From Candidatus Thorarchaeota archaeon (GTDB lineage Archaea; Asgardarchaeota; Thorarchaeia; Thorarchaeales; Thorarchaeaceae): a DNA stretch of 64,000 nt. The DNA lies in the NCBI GenBank assembly GCA_011364985.1, contig RDOC01000001.1, forward strand, positions 128,001-192,000. Direction: 5' to 3'. Under the pieces are notes generated by a model. That model had not been told where the DNA came from. It made no database searches and saw only the letters and a list, made by a program, of their open reading frames with translations. This document shows, piece after piece, positions 1-10,432 of this stretch; position 1 is the first letter of the stretch; each line of letters opens with the position of its first letter. The position numbers and the translations under genes are program-made.

Positions 1-421
1 AGTCCATAACACTCTTGGATCACCTTTGCAGAAGCAGACCAATAGTCTGCAATATTGGATTCTAGTGAAATCATCACCATCTTCGGTTTACTTGAGGCCT
101 TAAGAGCTTGTGGTGTTTTAAGTGTGTTTGGAAAAACGCCAATTGCTGAGGTGTTTTCCGTAGAGTTGTCGTATGGAACGCAACTTATCATCTGGACGTA
201 CATTTCGACCGTCATAGTTTGAATTGAAATCCTGCGCAGAATAGCCGATGAAAATGTACGGACCACCAGAGAATCCCATAGAACCGTGGTAATGGTCAAA
301 TTAGACTGAGCATTATAGTAAACACTACTGAGTCAGCGGTTTAGATGGTCAATCGCCTGAACATAGGCATCTCCATCGAGCGCCAGCTTACGATTACTGA
401 GTTGCAGAGGTATCTTGGATT

Positions 422-1798
422 ATGACGATGATAGTTGTCCCCTTATTATCGGCGGCTATCCAGCTAACAGGGGTAATACTCGGTGCCCAGTTTGTCAAGG
501 ATGACAATCCAAACCCTTTTGGAGTCTTCCTCTCGGCTTCTTGTATTGCGCTACTTGTTAGGAGCCTTTCTCTTCTGGTGACGCAGAGCTTTAATGAATT
601 CAGCGGGGTAATGGACTATCCTTTTGAAGTACTACTGCTTCTTGTTTCAGGAGTTCTTGTAGGAATGACTTATGCCTTGACTGAGTCTTTGCCAGAAACA
701 GGCAAGATCTTACCTTCAATTTCAATACATCCGGAATTGCACCTGCTCAGAGCAACTCTTGAGTCAACAGCCGAAGGCATTCTTGTGGTTGATGATGCAG
801 GCACACATCTTCTCAGCAACACGCGATTTGCCGAGATGTGCAGAATTCCAAGGTCTCTGACGACCAAGGGAGTAGATGTCAATTCTCTTGACTATGTAAC
901 AGATCAGTTGGAGGACTCACTAAGATTCCAATCATACTTCAATGAACTCAGACATAGTATGAAAGCGGATATCTTTGATCTCAAGTTTCTTGATGGACGG
1001 CTGTTCGAGTGCTACACTGTTCCGATAGTTCAGGGCGATCGAAGCTTCAGTAGAATCTGGAGCTTCCGAGATGTGACAATACTTAGACGCGCCGAGGACA
1101 AAGCAATGCTCTATCTGGACCTAATGAGTCACGATATCAGAAACCGCCTTCAAGGTATTGCCATGAGTCTGGAGATACTAAACCTCTTTGTACAAGATAG
1201 CAGCTCAATTGAAACGATCAATGATATTGAAAACAATGTTCAGAGATGCGCCAGCCTTATTTCTAAGGTCAAAGCAACCGAAAAAATAGACAAAGCACCT
1301 CTTGCTGGAAGATCTTTGTCAACCGCTATTGAACAATCACTGAAGGCGATCCAGTCGAGTTTTGATGGGGTCGAAGTAGACTACTCATCAAACGTTGAGA
1401 ATGCGATTGTACAATCAGATAGCTTCCTCGAAACACTTCTAGCCAATGTACTTGAGAATGCGGTCATTCATAATCACAGCAATAAGAAGTGTATCTGGGT
1501 GAATCTCAGGAAACTGGATCAGGGATACGAGGTTACAATAGCAGATAATGGTCCAGGAATTCATGACGAACTCAAGGCTGACTTATTCCACAAAGACAGA
1601 AGATACGGCGGAGTGGGACTTCATCTGGTTTCGCATGTAACGGAGAAGTATGGTGGTAGCTTGCAGATTTCAGACCGTATTCCCGGGTGCCCCGAACAAG
1701 GCTTAGAGTTTCGATTGTGGATTCCTAGTCTTGAGGAAGAACGAAGCTGTTTTGACTATGCTTGCAAGACAGATATAGGGTCATCTAGCAGAATGTAA
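422..1798 (+). CDS. Membrane-bound PAS sensor histidine kinase
   Basis: Three N-terminal hydrophobic helices, PAS (LESTAEGILVVD...WSFRDVT), H-box LMSHDIRNRL, N-box NVLENA, G boxes DNGPGI and GGVGL. Confidence 0.9.
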   Translation: MTMIVVPLLSAAIQLTGVILGAQFVKDDNPNPFGVFLSASCIALLVRSLSLLVTQSFNEFSGVMDYPFEVLLLLVSGVLVGMTYALTESLPETGKILPSISIHPELHLLRATLESTAEGILVVDDAGTHLLSNTRFAEMCRIPRSLTTKGVDVNSLDYVTDQLEDSLRFQSYFNELRHSMKADIFDLKFLDGRLFECYTVPIVQGDRSFSRIWSFRDVTILRRAEDKAMLYLDLMSHDIRNRLQGIAMSLEILNLFVQDSSSIETINDIENNVQRCASLISKVKATEKIDKAPLAGRSLSTAIEQSLKAIQSSFDGVEVDYSSNVENAIVQSDSFLETLLANVLENAVIHNHSNKKCIWVNLRKLDQGYEVTIADNGPGIHDELKADLFHKDRRYGGVGLHLVSHVTEKYGGSLQISDRIPGCPEQGLEFRLWIPSLEEERSCFDYACKTDIGSSSRM

Positions 1799-1802
1799 AC
1801 GC

Positions 1803-2852
1803 CTAATCCACAATGGGTAAGAGAATCTCAAAAGATGCGCCCCTTCGGATATCCGAATCGATGAGCTCAATGCTGCCGCCCATTGTCTCTAATACACGTC
1901 TTGACAGGTACAGCCCAAGTCCGCCTCCTCGGGTGGAAACTCCCTTCTGGAATAATGCTCCTCTAATCTCCTTTGCCACTCCAGGTCCATCATCAGCCAC
2001 CACAACTCTAAGAGTATCATCTTGTTTTGAAATCGAAATAGTAACGGTTGGATGGTTTCCTGCATAGACTTCGGCATTCCGCAGGAGGTTATCAAAAACA
2101 AGTGGAAGAAGCTGGCTAGCGGGAATACGAACACCCTTGACGCTTTCATCGACCATAACTTCAACTTTCATGCCCATGCTGGCTATCTTGATCTGGTTTG
2201 CGATTCTTCCTATCATAGCAATGGGATCGGTATCGGCCATTTTGGCAGCTGCTCCAAATGCATTCAGGAGATTCAGCATTCGTTCACAAACGGCTTCGGT
2301 TGAGGCAAGAATCTCATCCAACACATCATCTCTATCTGATATGGTCATCTTGGCAATCTCAACATTCCCCAAGATTACCCCGAGATCGTTCCGAAAATCG
2401 TGTCTCAGCAGGGATGCATAGAGCTCAAGTTCATGATGTAGTTGATCCTTGGTCCTCTCAACCTGTTTCAGTTCCATGTAACGACCAAGCTCTGCCGCCA
2501 CCGTATCGATGAAGTTCCTTTCGTGAAGTAGAAAAGGGCCTTCTTCCGCACAGGGTTTCTCTTCAAGGTAATAGACTTCCACCGCACCAATAGGAGTGTC
2601 CCCTATTGCTATTTCAGCTCTTTGCAGCCAATCAGTCGTTCTGAAATTCGCCGAAGAAATCTTTTTGTTATCCCAAATCACTCTGGCACAGGTATCGTTA
2701 GGGTATTGCCAAGCCTCGGGAAGCAAGTGCACTAGAGTATTTATGACTTCAGAGGTTTCCTTCTGTGATTCTTTGAAGAGCTTGGAGATCACATTAAGAC
2801 ACAGTATTTGGTGTGCTATTGCTTCAATTGATTGAACATTTTTCTCCGGCAA
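1803..2852 (-). CDS. Histidine kinase with N-terminal GAF-like sensor
   Basis: LLRHDFRNDL H-box, NLLRNA, DDGPGV, GGGLGL; N-terminal WQYP...EVYYLEE...EGPFL GAF-like segment. Confidence 0.88.
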   Translation of the reverse strand: MPEKNVQSIEAIAHQILCLNVISKLFKESQKETSEVINTLVHLLPEAWQYPNDTCARVIWDNKKISSANFRTTDWLQRAEIAIGDTPIGAVEVYYLEEKPCAEEGPFLLHERNFIDTVAAELGRYMELKQVERTKDQLHHELELYASLLRHDFRNDLGVILGNVEIAKMTISDRDDVLDEILASTEAVCERMLNLLNAFGAAAKMADTDPIAMIGRIANQIKIASMGMKVEVMVDESVKGVRIPASQLLPLVFDNLLRNAEVYAGNHPTVTISISKQDDTLRVVVADDGPGVAKEIRGALFQKGVSTRGGGLGLYLSRRVLETMGGSIELIDSDIRRGASFEILLPIVD

Positions 2853-3231
2853 GTGAATGCTAACCTCATGTGACTAATAGGATCTATTGGTAGACAGACA
2901 GCGAGAATAGGTCCAATATGTATCTAAGAATGTTTCGTCAAACGTATTTTCAGGATTATAAGTTGCTACTAGCTCTAAGTGAATATGAAATCGAATCGTT
3001 CGATCCCCCCCCTCCGTAATGGGATATCTTGAACAGAAACTTCTGCAATACGAGATTAATCGGTAAACTGAAAGAAGAGGATTTGAGCTTACATAAAAGG
3101 AGGAGGGAGTAGATAGGGAGTATGCTAAAAAGGGAATTTCAGATGAATATAATGATGATTTGCAACGAAGTTGCTCAGAATCCCTCATGATGTTGTGATG
3201 CATAATCAGAGGAATTGGAGGTAATGAAGGA

Positions 3232-4335
3232 ATGGAGAATCTCCAACTTATCGTATCCCTCATTGAAGGCACTAACGATCTAATTCACAGCATTCAGGCA
3301 GATGAAAGCATGGAATTCGTAAACAGATCTTGGTTGGAAACCATGGGCTATTCCCACAAGGATATTGAAACGTTGAAGACAAAGGATTATGTTTTTCCCG
3401 GCCAAATTAGGAAGTATCAAGAACTCGTAAAGGAAATCTTTCGTGGCAAGACTAAGAAGGATGTTCAGGTGACCTTTGTCACGAAGAATGGTGATTTGAT
3501 TGAGACGGAGGGAAACATGTTTCCAAGACAAGAGGGTGGCAAAGTTGTTGCTGCAGTTGGCTTCTTCAGAGATGTCACAGAGAAAATGGAAACCAAGAAA
3601 AGGCTTCAGGAAGCAAAAGCAGACACCGAGTTCTTTGTGGACTTGATGGTTCATGACATAGCAAATATCCACCAAGAACTCCTATCTGCTCTCGAAATCC
3701 TTCTCTTTAATCGGGAGATGCCGAGTGAAATTGAGGCCATTGTCAAAGAAAGTCTTGCTGAATTAGAAAGAGGATCAGACCTGATTTCCAATGTCAGGAA
3801 ATTGACGCGTCTTTACAAAGAAGCCTTGGAAACAAGGGAGAAGGACTTGGCGAGTAGCATCTCTATTTCCGCCAAGAACGTTGAGAGAAGCTTCCCTGAA
3901 AAGAAGTTACTTCTTCGAATGAATATCGAACCTGGGGACTTCGTCGTTAGGGCCGATGAGTATCTTGAGGATGTATTCTTCGGACTTCTACACAACTCGA
4001 TGAAGTTTGACGAGAAGAATGAGGTTGAAGTGGATATGCAGATTGAAGCCATCAAGCACACACCTTTTCTCAAGATTCAAATTAAGGACCACGGCCCTGG
4101 AATTAGGGACGAGGAAAAGGAGTCTGTATTTGCGCGTTTCGCTCATAGGCGGGAAAGCGTTATGGGCCTAGGTCTTGGTTTGACTTTGGTAAGGAAAATT
4201 CTTGAGAACTATGGTGCGTATATTCGCGTAGAGGATCGTGTTGAGGGCGATCATACTAAGGGGGCCAATTTTGTGATACTTATGCGATATGAAGAACTCG
4301 GAAGCAAGAGAATAGCAAAGGAGGTTGAGGCGTGA
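3232..4335 (+). CDS. PAS sensor histidine kinase
   Basis: PAS/PAC (FVNRSW...FFRDVT), LMVHDIAN, NSMKF, DHGPGI, GLGLGL; SD-like GGAGGT upstream; overlaps next gene (GTGA). Confidence 0.92.
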   Translation: MENLQLIVSLIEGTNDLIHSIQADESMEFVNRSWLETMGYSHKDIETLKTKDYVFPGQIRKYQELVKEIFRGKTKKDVQVTFVTKNGDLIETEGNMFPRQEGGKVVAAVGFFRDVTEKMETKKRLQEAKADTEFFVDLMVHDIANIHQELLSALEILLFNREMPSEIEAIVKESLAELERGSDLISNVRKLTRLYKEALETREKDLASSISISAKNVERSFPEKKLLLRMNIEPGDFVVRADEYLEDVFFGLLHNSMKFDEKNEVEVDMQIEAIKHTPFLKIQIKDHGPGIRDEEKESVFARFAHRRESVMGLGLGLTLVRKILENYGAYIRVEDRVEGDHTKGANFVILMRYEELGSKRIAKEVEA

Positions 4336-4694
4336 TGGTAAGTATACTCATTGTCGATGATGACAAATTCCTGCACAAAGTGTTGGAGAAAATCCTAATC
4401 ATTGGCGGCCATCAGGTTGTCGACCACGCATACGACGGAGCAGAGGCACTGGAGAAGTTTGTGAAACTCAATCCAAAGCCTGATATTATTCTGATGGACC
4501 ATCGAATGCCTGTCATGAATGGCGCCACTGCCACAAGAGAAATCACCCGCTTGAATCTAGATAGTCTAATCATTTTCATCAGTGCTGATGACACTGTGAA
4601 GGAAGAAGCGATGCAGTCCGGCGCCCGTGATTTCCTTACAAAGCCCATTCGCAGCTCAGAGCTTTTCTCAGTAATTGACAAACATTCGGCATAA
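4332..4694 (+). CDS. Single-domain response regulator (CheY-like receiver)
   Basis: ILIVDDD, PDIILMDHRMP (phosphoacceptor Asp intact), ISA, FLTKP. Confidence 0.95.
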   Translation: MMVSILIVDDDKFLHKVLEKILIIGGHQVVDHAYDGAEALEKFVKLNPKPDIILMDHRMPVMNGATATREITRLNLDSLIIFISADDTVKEEAMQSGARDFLTKPIRSSELFSVIDKHSA

Positions 4695-5069
4695 CAACTT
4701 CATGAGATGCTCGATATGTGAAGCATTCGTATCTGGAATAGAGGCTCGCTTTCTGAGCATCTGACAACTCCAAGGATGCCAAAGATCCTTAAGAGAGCAG
4801 ATCCTCCGGCCAATCTGTCAGGATACGAGTTTCTACCATGCACTCACATACTTGTGTGCAGAGTTGAGAATCACTGAACACTGGCCGTAGCTGTTTCTGT
4901 CATGACTATTTTCATCGGTAAAGTAAAGGTCAGAGCCCGCCTTGTCAGAAGAAATCTCGTGAGACCGACACTTTGCTACAAAGCAAGGTTGAAGAGTGAG
5001 TTTCAAGGATGCTTGCCAATCCTCAACGAATGCCAAAGCTGAGATTCCATTTGCAGTGACTACTCCAAA

Positions 5070-6359
5070 TTACACAACCAAGTCCTCGAAGCTCGAACTC
5101 CACACTTCAAGGCAAGAAGTCATTGCCTCTTTCGAGATCCTTTCGGCAGTCGCAGAACCCAATTTCTGTGAAACTTGATTCGCCAAATCCTTCTGAATAG
5201 ACTCAAGAGCATCAGATAGCTGGAGCAAATTTCTGATTTCGAGAGCCTCTTCAAGCCGACAAGTGATTTTGAAACCTCTGCTGCATTCTATTCTAGTGGC
5301 CCATGGAATTTGAGCCACAGTTCTTTCAATTGCCAGATTGAAGTAGTTTCTTATTGATTTCGCATCCAAAAGGTTTGAGGCCCTTTTGAGCATCATTGTG
5401 AGGATACATTCATTGACAAGAACTAGCTTTCGTTCAAGCGTGACTCTTTGAATGTATCCTCCATTCGTCAACAGACCAAGTTCAATCATCAGCGTTTCGC
5501 TAGAGTCCAATTTCAGCTTACGCAGAATATGAATCAGTTTTGTCCTATTATTTAGTGATCCAATGACCTTCAGCGTATCTAGTCGAAGTTTCTTTGGATT
5601 TTGCATGTCTAGTAAGAAACTGCCTGACTCCTCTGATAGCATGAGAATATCATCGTCAGGCGGAACAAAAACAACATGAATGAATCTATTCCACAGTGCC
5701 CTTGATATCAGTTCTGTAATCTCTTCAAACGATACCTCTAGAAGCTGCATTGCTGATGAAAGCGTCATCCGGTCCTCAATTTGAGTGAGTAGCTTCTTAA
5801 TATTGTATGACCATCGAGGCGATTCACAGTGAACAAAGTTCTCTCTCCAATCATAACCTTTCAGAATTATGGCTCTGTTGGATAGTCTGTCTGCAACAAA
5901 CAATCTCCTTACGAACTGGTCGAAATCGCGAAATGCACTTCCTTCAAATCCATCAGCTTCCCTGAGTATCGCAAAGCTATCTTCAAATTCTCTCACTATC
6001 CTACGAAGTTTGCTTCTTGCCTCGCTTGTTTCTTTCTTTACAACAAGAACGCCCATTGCCCATTCGCCCTCTTCAACAATGAGGGTTGTATCGGAGCCAT
6101 ACTCTGTCTTCCAGTGAGTACGTCTAGTTCCAGTTATTTCTTGCATGAAAGATGTAAGTGCTGAAATCAAACCTGATAGCACCTGTGTATCTTGTGATAC
6201 AGCAACGAATTCATGAGAATATGGCGCGACACCCGAAAATGCATTCAGAATGAACAAGAATTGCTCATTTGATAGTGTGGAGTAATCCTTTGTCGCAAAG
6301 GACTCCCTATCCGATCTAAGAAATGAAACCAAATCACTTCCTGACGGAAATCGACTCAT
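5070..6359 (-). CDS. Longin-like domain protein with winged-helix-like repeats (NPRL2-like layout)
   Basis: N-terminal LFILNAFSGVAPYS...VLSGLISALTSFMQEI...LRRIVREFEDSF pattern typical of Asgard longin domains; two helix-helix-helix-strand segments follow. Confidence 0.6.
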   Translation of the reverse strand: MSRFPSGSDLVSFLRSDRESFATKDYSTLSNEQFLFILNAFSGVAPYSHEFVAVSQDTQVLSGLISALTSFMQEITGTRRTHWKTEYGSDTTLIVEEGEWAMGVLVVKKETSEARSKLRRIVREFEDSFAILREADGFEGSAFRDFDQFVRRLFVADRLSNRAIILKGYDWRENFVHCESPRWSYNIKKLLTQIEDRMTLSSAMQLLEVSFEEITELISRALWNRFIHVVFVPPDDDILMLSEESGSFLLDMQNPKKLRLDTLKVIGSLNNRTKLIHILRKLKLDSSETLMIELGLLTNGGYIQRVTLERKLVLVNECILTMMLKRASNLLDAKSIRNYFNLAIERTVAQIPWATRIECSRGFKITCRLEEALEIRNLLQLSDALESIQKDLANQVSQKLGSATAERISKEAMTSCLEVWSSSFEDLVV

Positions 6360-6396
6360 AGTATTGCATCCTTCTCTTCAGGTTTGCGTTATCGTG

Positions 6397-6759
6397 TTAT
6401 TTAGTATATCTGCCAATTTCCTCAAAATGATTCTTGCTTTGAGTTGGCTTTGTCATGAAGCCCAGCGCGCCGAACTTCATTGCTCTCTGTTTCACCGAAT
6501 CGTCGGCGCTGATGAACACTACGACTGTATCGGGATTCATTTCCTTGCACTCCTGTGTTGCCGCGACACCATTCATCACAGGCATCCGGTGATTCATCAG
6601 CACGATATCCGGTTTAGGATTCAGTGTGACATACCTTTGGAGAGCTTCTGCCCCATTGAATGCATGTTCAGTTACAGCATGACCGCCCAAGCCCTGGAGA
6701 CGTTCAAGGATTTCGTGAAGAAATACATCATCGTCCACAATCATAATCGACACCATCAT
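6397..6759 (-). CDS. Receiver-domain protein with Asp-to-Asn at the phosphoacceptor site
   Basis: Close paralog of 4332..4694, but PDIVLMNHRMP (AAT at 6592-6594); start placed at ATG 6759 behind GGAGA. Confidence 0.85.
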   Translation of the reverse strand: MMVSIMIVDDDVFLHEILERLQGLGGHAVTEHAFNGAEALQRYVTLNPKPDIVLMNHRMPVMNGVAATQECKEMNPDTVVVFISADDSVKQRAMKFGALGFMTKPTQSKNHFEEIGRYTK

Positions 6760-7774
6760 TAGGCATTCTCCTACGATTTCTTCGACCGTTTTGACATTCA
6801 ATAAAGGTGCGACTGCTCACTTCGAGCTACTACTTTATATCTGCTCCCCAATGATTTCCATTGTTTTTCTGCATATTTGATGAAGTTGCAGAGGTTTCTT
6901 GGAGCTAGCAACTGCGACTACATCATCTCATCTATTTTTCGGTGGTTGGTACCTCTTCCTATAATATGCGTTTTCGTCTTCTTTCCCAACCAAAGGCCTT
7001 GTAAGACTGGCTAAAGCTTCGCTTTTCTGTGTTCTGGTCACTTTTGTTTGACTTGCCTACTTCTCCCACCTCACATGAATCATGCGTTATTATTGCTATA
7101 TCAGAAGGGGTTGCATAAGTCTCGATCAAGGAACTCAGAATCATCATTGGGATTAATGCTTTCAATCGCATGGTTGATCCCCTCAAATGATTGTGGTATA
7201 GGCATGTCCAGTCCAATAGATTCACATAAGTTCAGATTTGAGTCAGTTTGTTCTCTGTTGTTGAAGCTTTTGGAACTCTACTCTTTGTCACATTATGAAT
7301 CTTGCTTGCAGGAATTCTACTTCATGTTGTGCCATTCTTCAGCAGATGCGGTATAGAATAGTCATAAGGCACTGAGAGTCAGAATTGGTTCTGATAGAGA
7401 AAGGATTTGAGAATGGATATATGCCTCCATAGATTGGGTTCGTTATTGTTGGATGGACATATTCTACTAGAAACTGCTGTTTTTCAATTGATCTTCTGTG
7501 TCATTTTCTGCTAACAGAGTTGACTGGATTAGGCACCACTAGGATAGAGAATCCAGTGCATCTTCTTTTCCATATGCTTCGAGAGATATCATTTGCATTA
7601 CACTTTGGATTCTGACGAAATGAAGATGCAATACTCTCGACATCTAAACAGTCAGAAGATTGACCTGCTTTAGAGACAAAACAACAAAGCATTTGCAAAT
7701 TGGCTAGTAGCGTTTCAGCATAAGATCATATTGCGAAAGACTGAGGGTGATTTGCAAGTCAATGCTATGAATAC

Positions 7775-9271
7775 CTAACCATATCGAGCAGAATCAATTG
7801 GCACAGCAGGAATCTCTATGATAAACCTCGCCCCCTGACTGTAATCTCCTGGCACTCTGTTTTCCACAACGATTTTCCCCCCATAATGACTAATGATGCG
7901 GTTTAGTAAGGTAAGACCAACTCCAGTTCCAAGGTGGCCAGAACTTAAGAGCGATACTCTTCCAAATAGTAGTCCTTTTGTTTGATCAGGGATTCCCGTC
8001 CCATGATCTGCAATGTCAATTCTAATCCTTGATTTATCTTCACTCATGACCATACTGATATCTACATCAACTGAAGGTTCTGGATCGAATCTCATTGCAT
8101 TATGAAGGACTGCATAGAAAGCATCTGTCAAGTACTCATCGGCCATTACTTCAAGCAACTCTGGTTCAATCTTGGTCTTCAGATTGAGTTCCTTGTAAGG
8201 CAAGTCTTTCTGGACTCTGTCCGTGGCTTTTGTTAATGCAGCAAGAGGGTTAGTGGGCGTAAGTTCGGGGGGTGAGTCCTCTATCTTTTTGAATTTTTGA
8301 ACATTCTTGATTAGCCGGTTGCTTCGAATCATTTGATATAATCCCTCTTGAATCAGTTCTTTTGTCCTATTTGTAAGGCCTGTATCCAACAGAAGAATAT
8401 CGAAGATCCCATATACAGCCTGATTGATATTAGATAAATCGTGACTCATCAAATCCAAAAAGAACTCGGCCCGATTCCGAGACTCTTCTATCTTCTTCTC
8501 TGATTCTATTCTGTCAGTATTATCTACCTGAACAATCTGGATTGCATCTTCTCCATCATACTGAATGACAGCGAAATGTGAATTAATCCATCTACAAGTC
8601 CCATCTCTGCGAATTATCCTAAATTGCTGATGTGTTGATGTCTCAGATCCTTCAAGAAATCTCGAATATGCCTCTCTCAATATAACGACATCCTCAGTAT
8701 GGATGAAGTTCGACATATGCTTTACCTCAAGATTCAGAATCTCATCAATAGTGCACCCCATCATATCAGCGTATGCCTGATTTGAGTAGACAATTCTGTC
8801 ATCTTGGAGAATCGCGATACCATGAACAGAAGACTCAGCTAAAGCTTTGTAATTTTCCTCACTTCGTTTAAGGTTATTCTCAGCTTGTTTTCGTTCAGTA
8901 ATATCAGATATGACCGTTTGTATAACCTTTTCTTTACCTATATCAACAAAATTAGACGAAACATCAGCAATGAATGTTTCGCCGTTCTTCCTTCTTAACG
9001 TTGCCTCAATTCTGGTCCAACCTTGCACGTTGATTGCCTCTACAATCTGTTGAATGGTTTCTTTGTCAGCAATTTTGGTGAGTTTTATGGAGAGCAGCTC
9101 ATCTCTTGTGTAACCAAAAAGGTCCACAGCGCTCTGATTTGCATCAAGTGTATTTCCATTCAGGCTTCGGATCAGAATTGCATCTCTGGTTGAATGAAAG
9201 AGCTGGCTGTATTTCTCCTCACTCATTCGAAGCTCCTCTACAGCTTCCTTCTGTGGTGTTATATCCTGCAT
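7775..9271 (-). CDS. Multi-PAS histidine kinase, apparently 5'-truncated
   Basis: Two PAS/PAC domains, LMSHDLSN, NAMRF, DHGTGI, GTGVGL; begins in the last strand of a further PAC motif (VQGYIVQMQDIT). Confidence 0.88.
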   Translation of the reverse strand: MQDITPQKEAVEELRMSEEKYSQLFHSTRDAILIRSLNGNTLDANQSAVDLFGYTRDELLSIKLTKIADKETIQQIVEAINVQGWTRIEATLRRKNGETFIADVSSNFVDIGKEKVIQTVISDITERKQAENNLKRSEENYKALAESSVHGIAILQDDRIVYSNQAYADMMGCTIDEILNLEVKHMSNFIHTEDVVILREAYSRFLEGSETSTHQQFRIIRRDGTCRWINSHFAVIQYDGEDAIQIVQVDNTDRIESEKKIEESRNRAEFFLDLMSHDLSNINQAVYGIFDILLLDTGLTNRTKELIQEGLYQMIRSNRLIKNVQKFKKIEDSPPELTPTNPLAALTKATDRVQKDLPYKELNLKTKIEPELLEVMADEYLTDAFYAVLHNAMRFDPEPSVDVDISMVMSEDKSRIRIDIADHGTGIPDQTKGLLFGRVSLLSSGHLGTGVGLTLLNRIISHYGGKIVVENRVPGDYSQGARFIIEIPAVPIDSARYG

Positions 9272-9671
9272 TTGTACAATATAGCCTTGTACTCATGACA
9301 TAGTCTACTGTTGCGTTGCCGTTTATCGCGGAGGTGTAGTTTATTGTGCCCAGAGTGGTTACGCCGAATCTTGTGGTCTTCAGGGTTTGATCATTTAGTT
9401 CTGAAGGTTCGAAAATGAGGTCTGGATTCAGTACGAAATAGCCAGATGGATTCTGGCGAATCCTAACGTATTGGATAATATCATTTGGATTGTAATAGAT
9501 ATTATCACATTCATACTCATCGAGAGCGCACTCATATTCTGACTGTATAGCTTGGGCTTCAAGCTCATGAATGAATGTGAACACCTGCATTGCTCCTCCT
9601 AGTAACAAGAAGACCAGCGCTATGCCCAGAACATAGTTGGCCGCATACCTTCCAGGCACTCCATTCGTCAC
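9219..9671 (-). CDS. Hypothetical membrane-anchored protein, probably a 3'-truncated fragment
   Basis: N-terminal TM helix then polar domain with NxT sequons; last ~25 codons run out of frame over the kinase-derived sequence. Confidence 0.45.
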   Translation of the reverse strand: MTNGVPGRYAANYVLGIALVFLLLGGAMQVFTFIHELEAQAIQSEYECALDEYECDNIYYNPNDIIQYVRIRQNPSGYFVLNPDLIFEPSELNDQTLKTTRFGVTTLGTINYTSAINGNATVDYVMSTRLYCTNAGYNTTEGSCRGASNE

Positions 9672-10389
9672 AATACAACCAGTCCCCTTCTCTTAATTCC
9701 TGACAAGATAAATTAAGTTTATCTTGCATTTCTATCCATTCTCGAAATCATAGAACTGCGCACCTCTCACCTGTGCCATATACGTCCTTCCTCACATGTC
9801 CGATATGATGTAATGACCCTCCTATGCCATCATCACTCAGCAAGAGCTTTGCAGGATTCCGTTCAATGAAGAACAGATCACCAATTCGAACGTTCCTCAG
9901 GTCGATCTTTGAGGCAGTAATGACGGGGCAGACTACCACTTTTCTATCTCGTCTATGTTGGTGAAGATCTATATCAGATTCTCCTTTGGAGATTTCTGAT
10001 TATGCTAATTGACGGGTATAGACTAGATCTATGAATTGACACACTCCGTGAGGGTGTATGGAATCTTAGCACCACTTCCTGATTCTGTTCGTGATCCGGC
10101 TTCTCCATTATATGGCTCATAGTGTGGTCTACTCATCTACGTTCTGGATCTGTGCGTGTATTCATGACAAATTCCAATGCTGTAATGTTCCTAGAATTAC
10201 TTGCTATCTCTGTAGGTTTCGGTCTTACTGCATACTATCCCTTGCCGAGCCGAAAAGAAGAATGAACAGTATACATTGGATAGCATTACATAGCCACGGG
10301 CATGAGTGCGTTCTCCAGGATAGGAGATCATGACAGATGTGATTCGTTTTCGGAAGTTCTTCTTCATATGAGTTTTGTCAATAGGTAAG

Positions 10390-10430
10390 ATACTTAAAAG
10401 ACGGAAGTTTGTGGAACACTTGGAGATGGC
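10390..10430 (+). promoter_or_regulatory. Putative archaeal promoter and SD for porA
   Basis: TATA-like CTTAAAAG at ~10393-10400 and GGAGATG at 10422-10428 before TTG 10433. Confidence 0.45.
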
Positions 10431-10432
10431 AA

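Noticed and set aside
1-299. Open minus-strand frame running off the left edge
   Set aside because: No recognisable motif or SD; cannot be supported as a gene from this window
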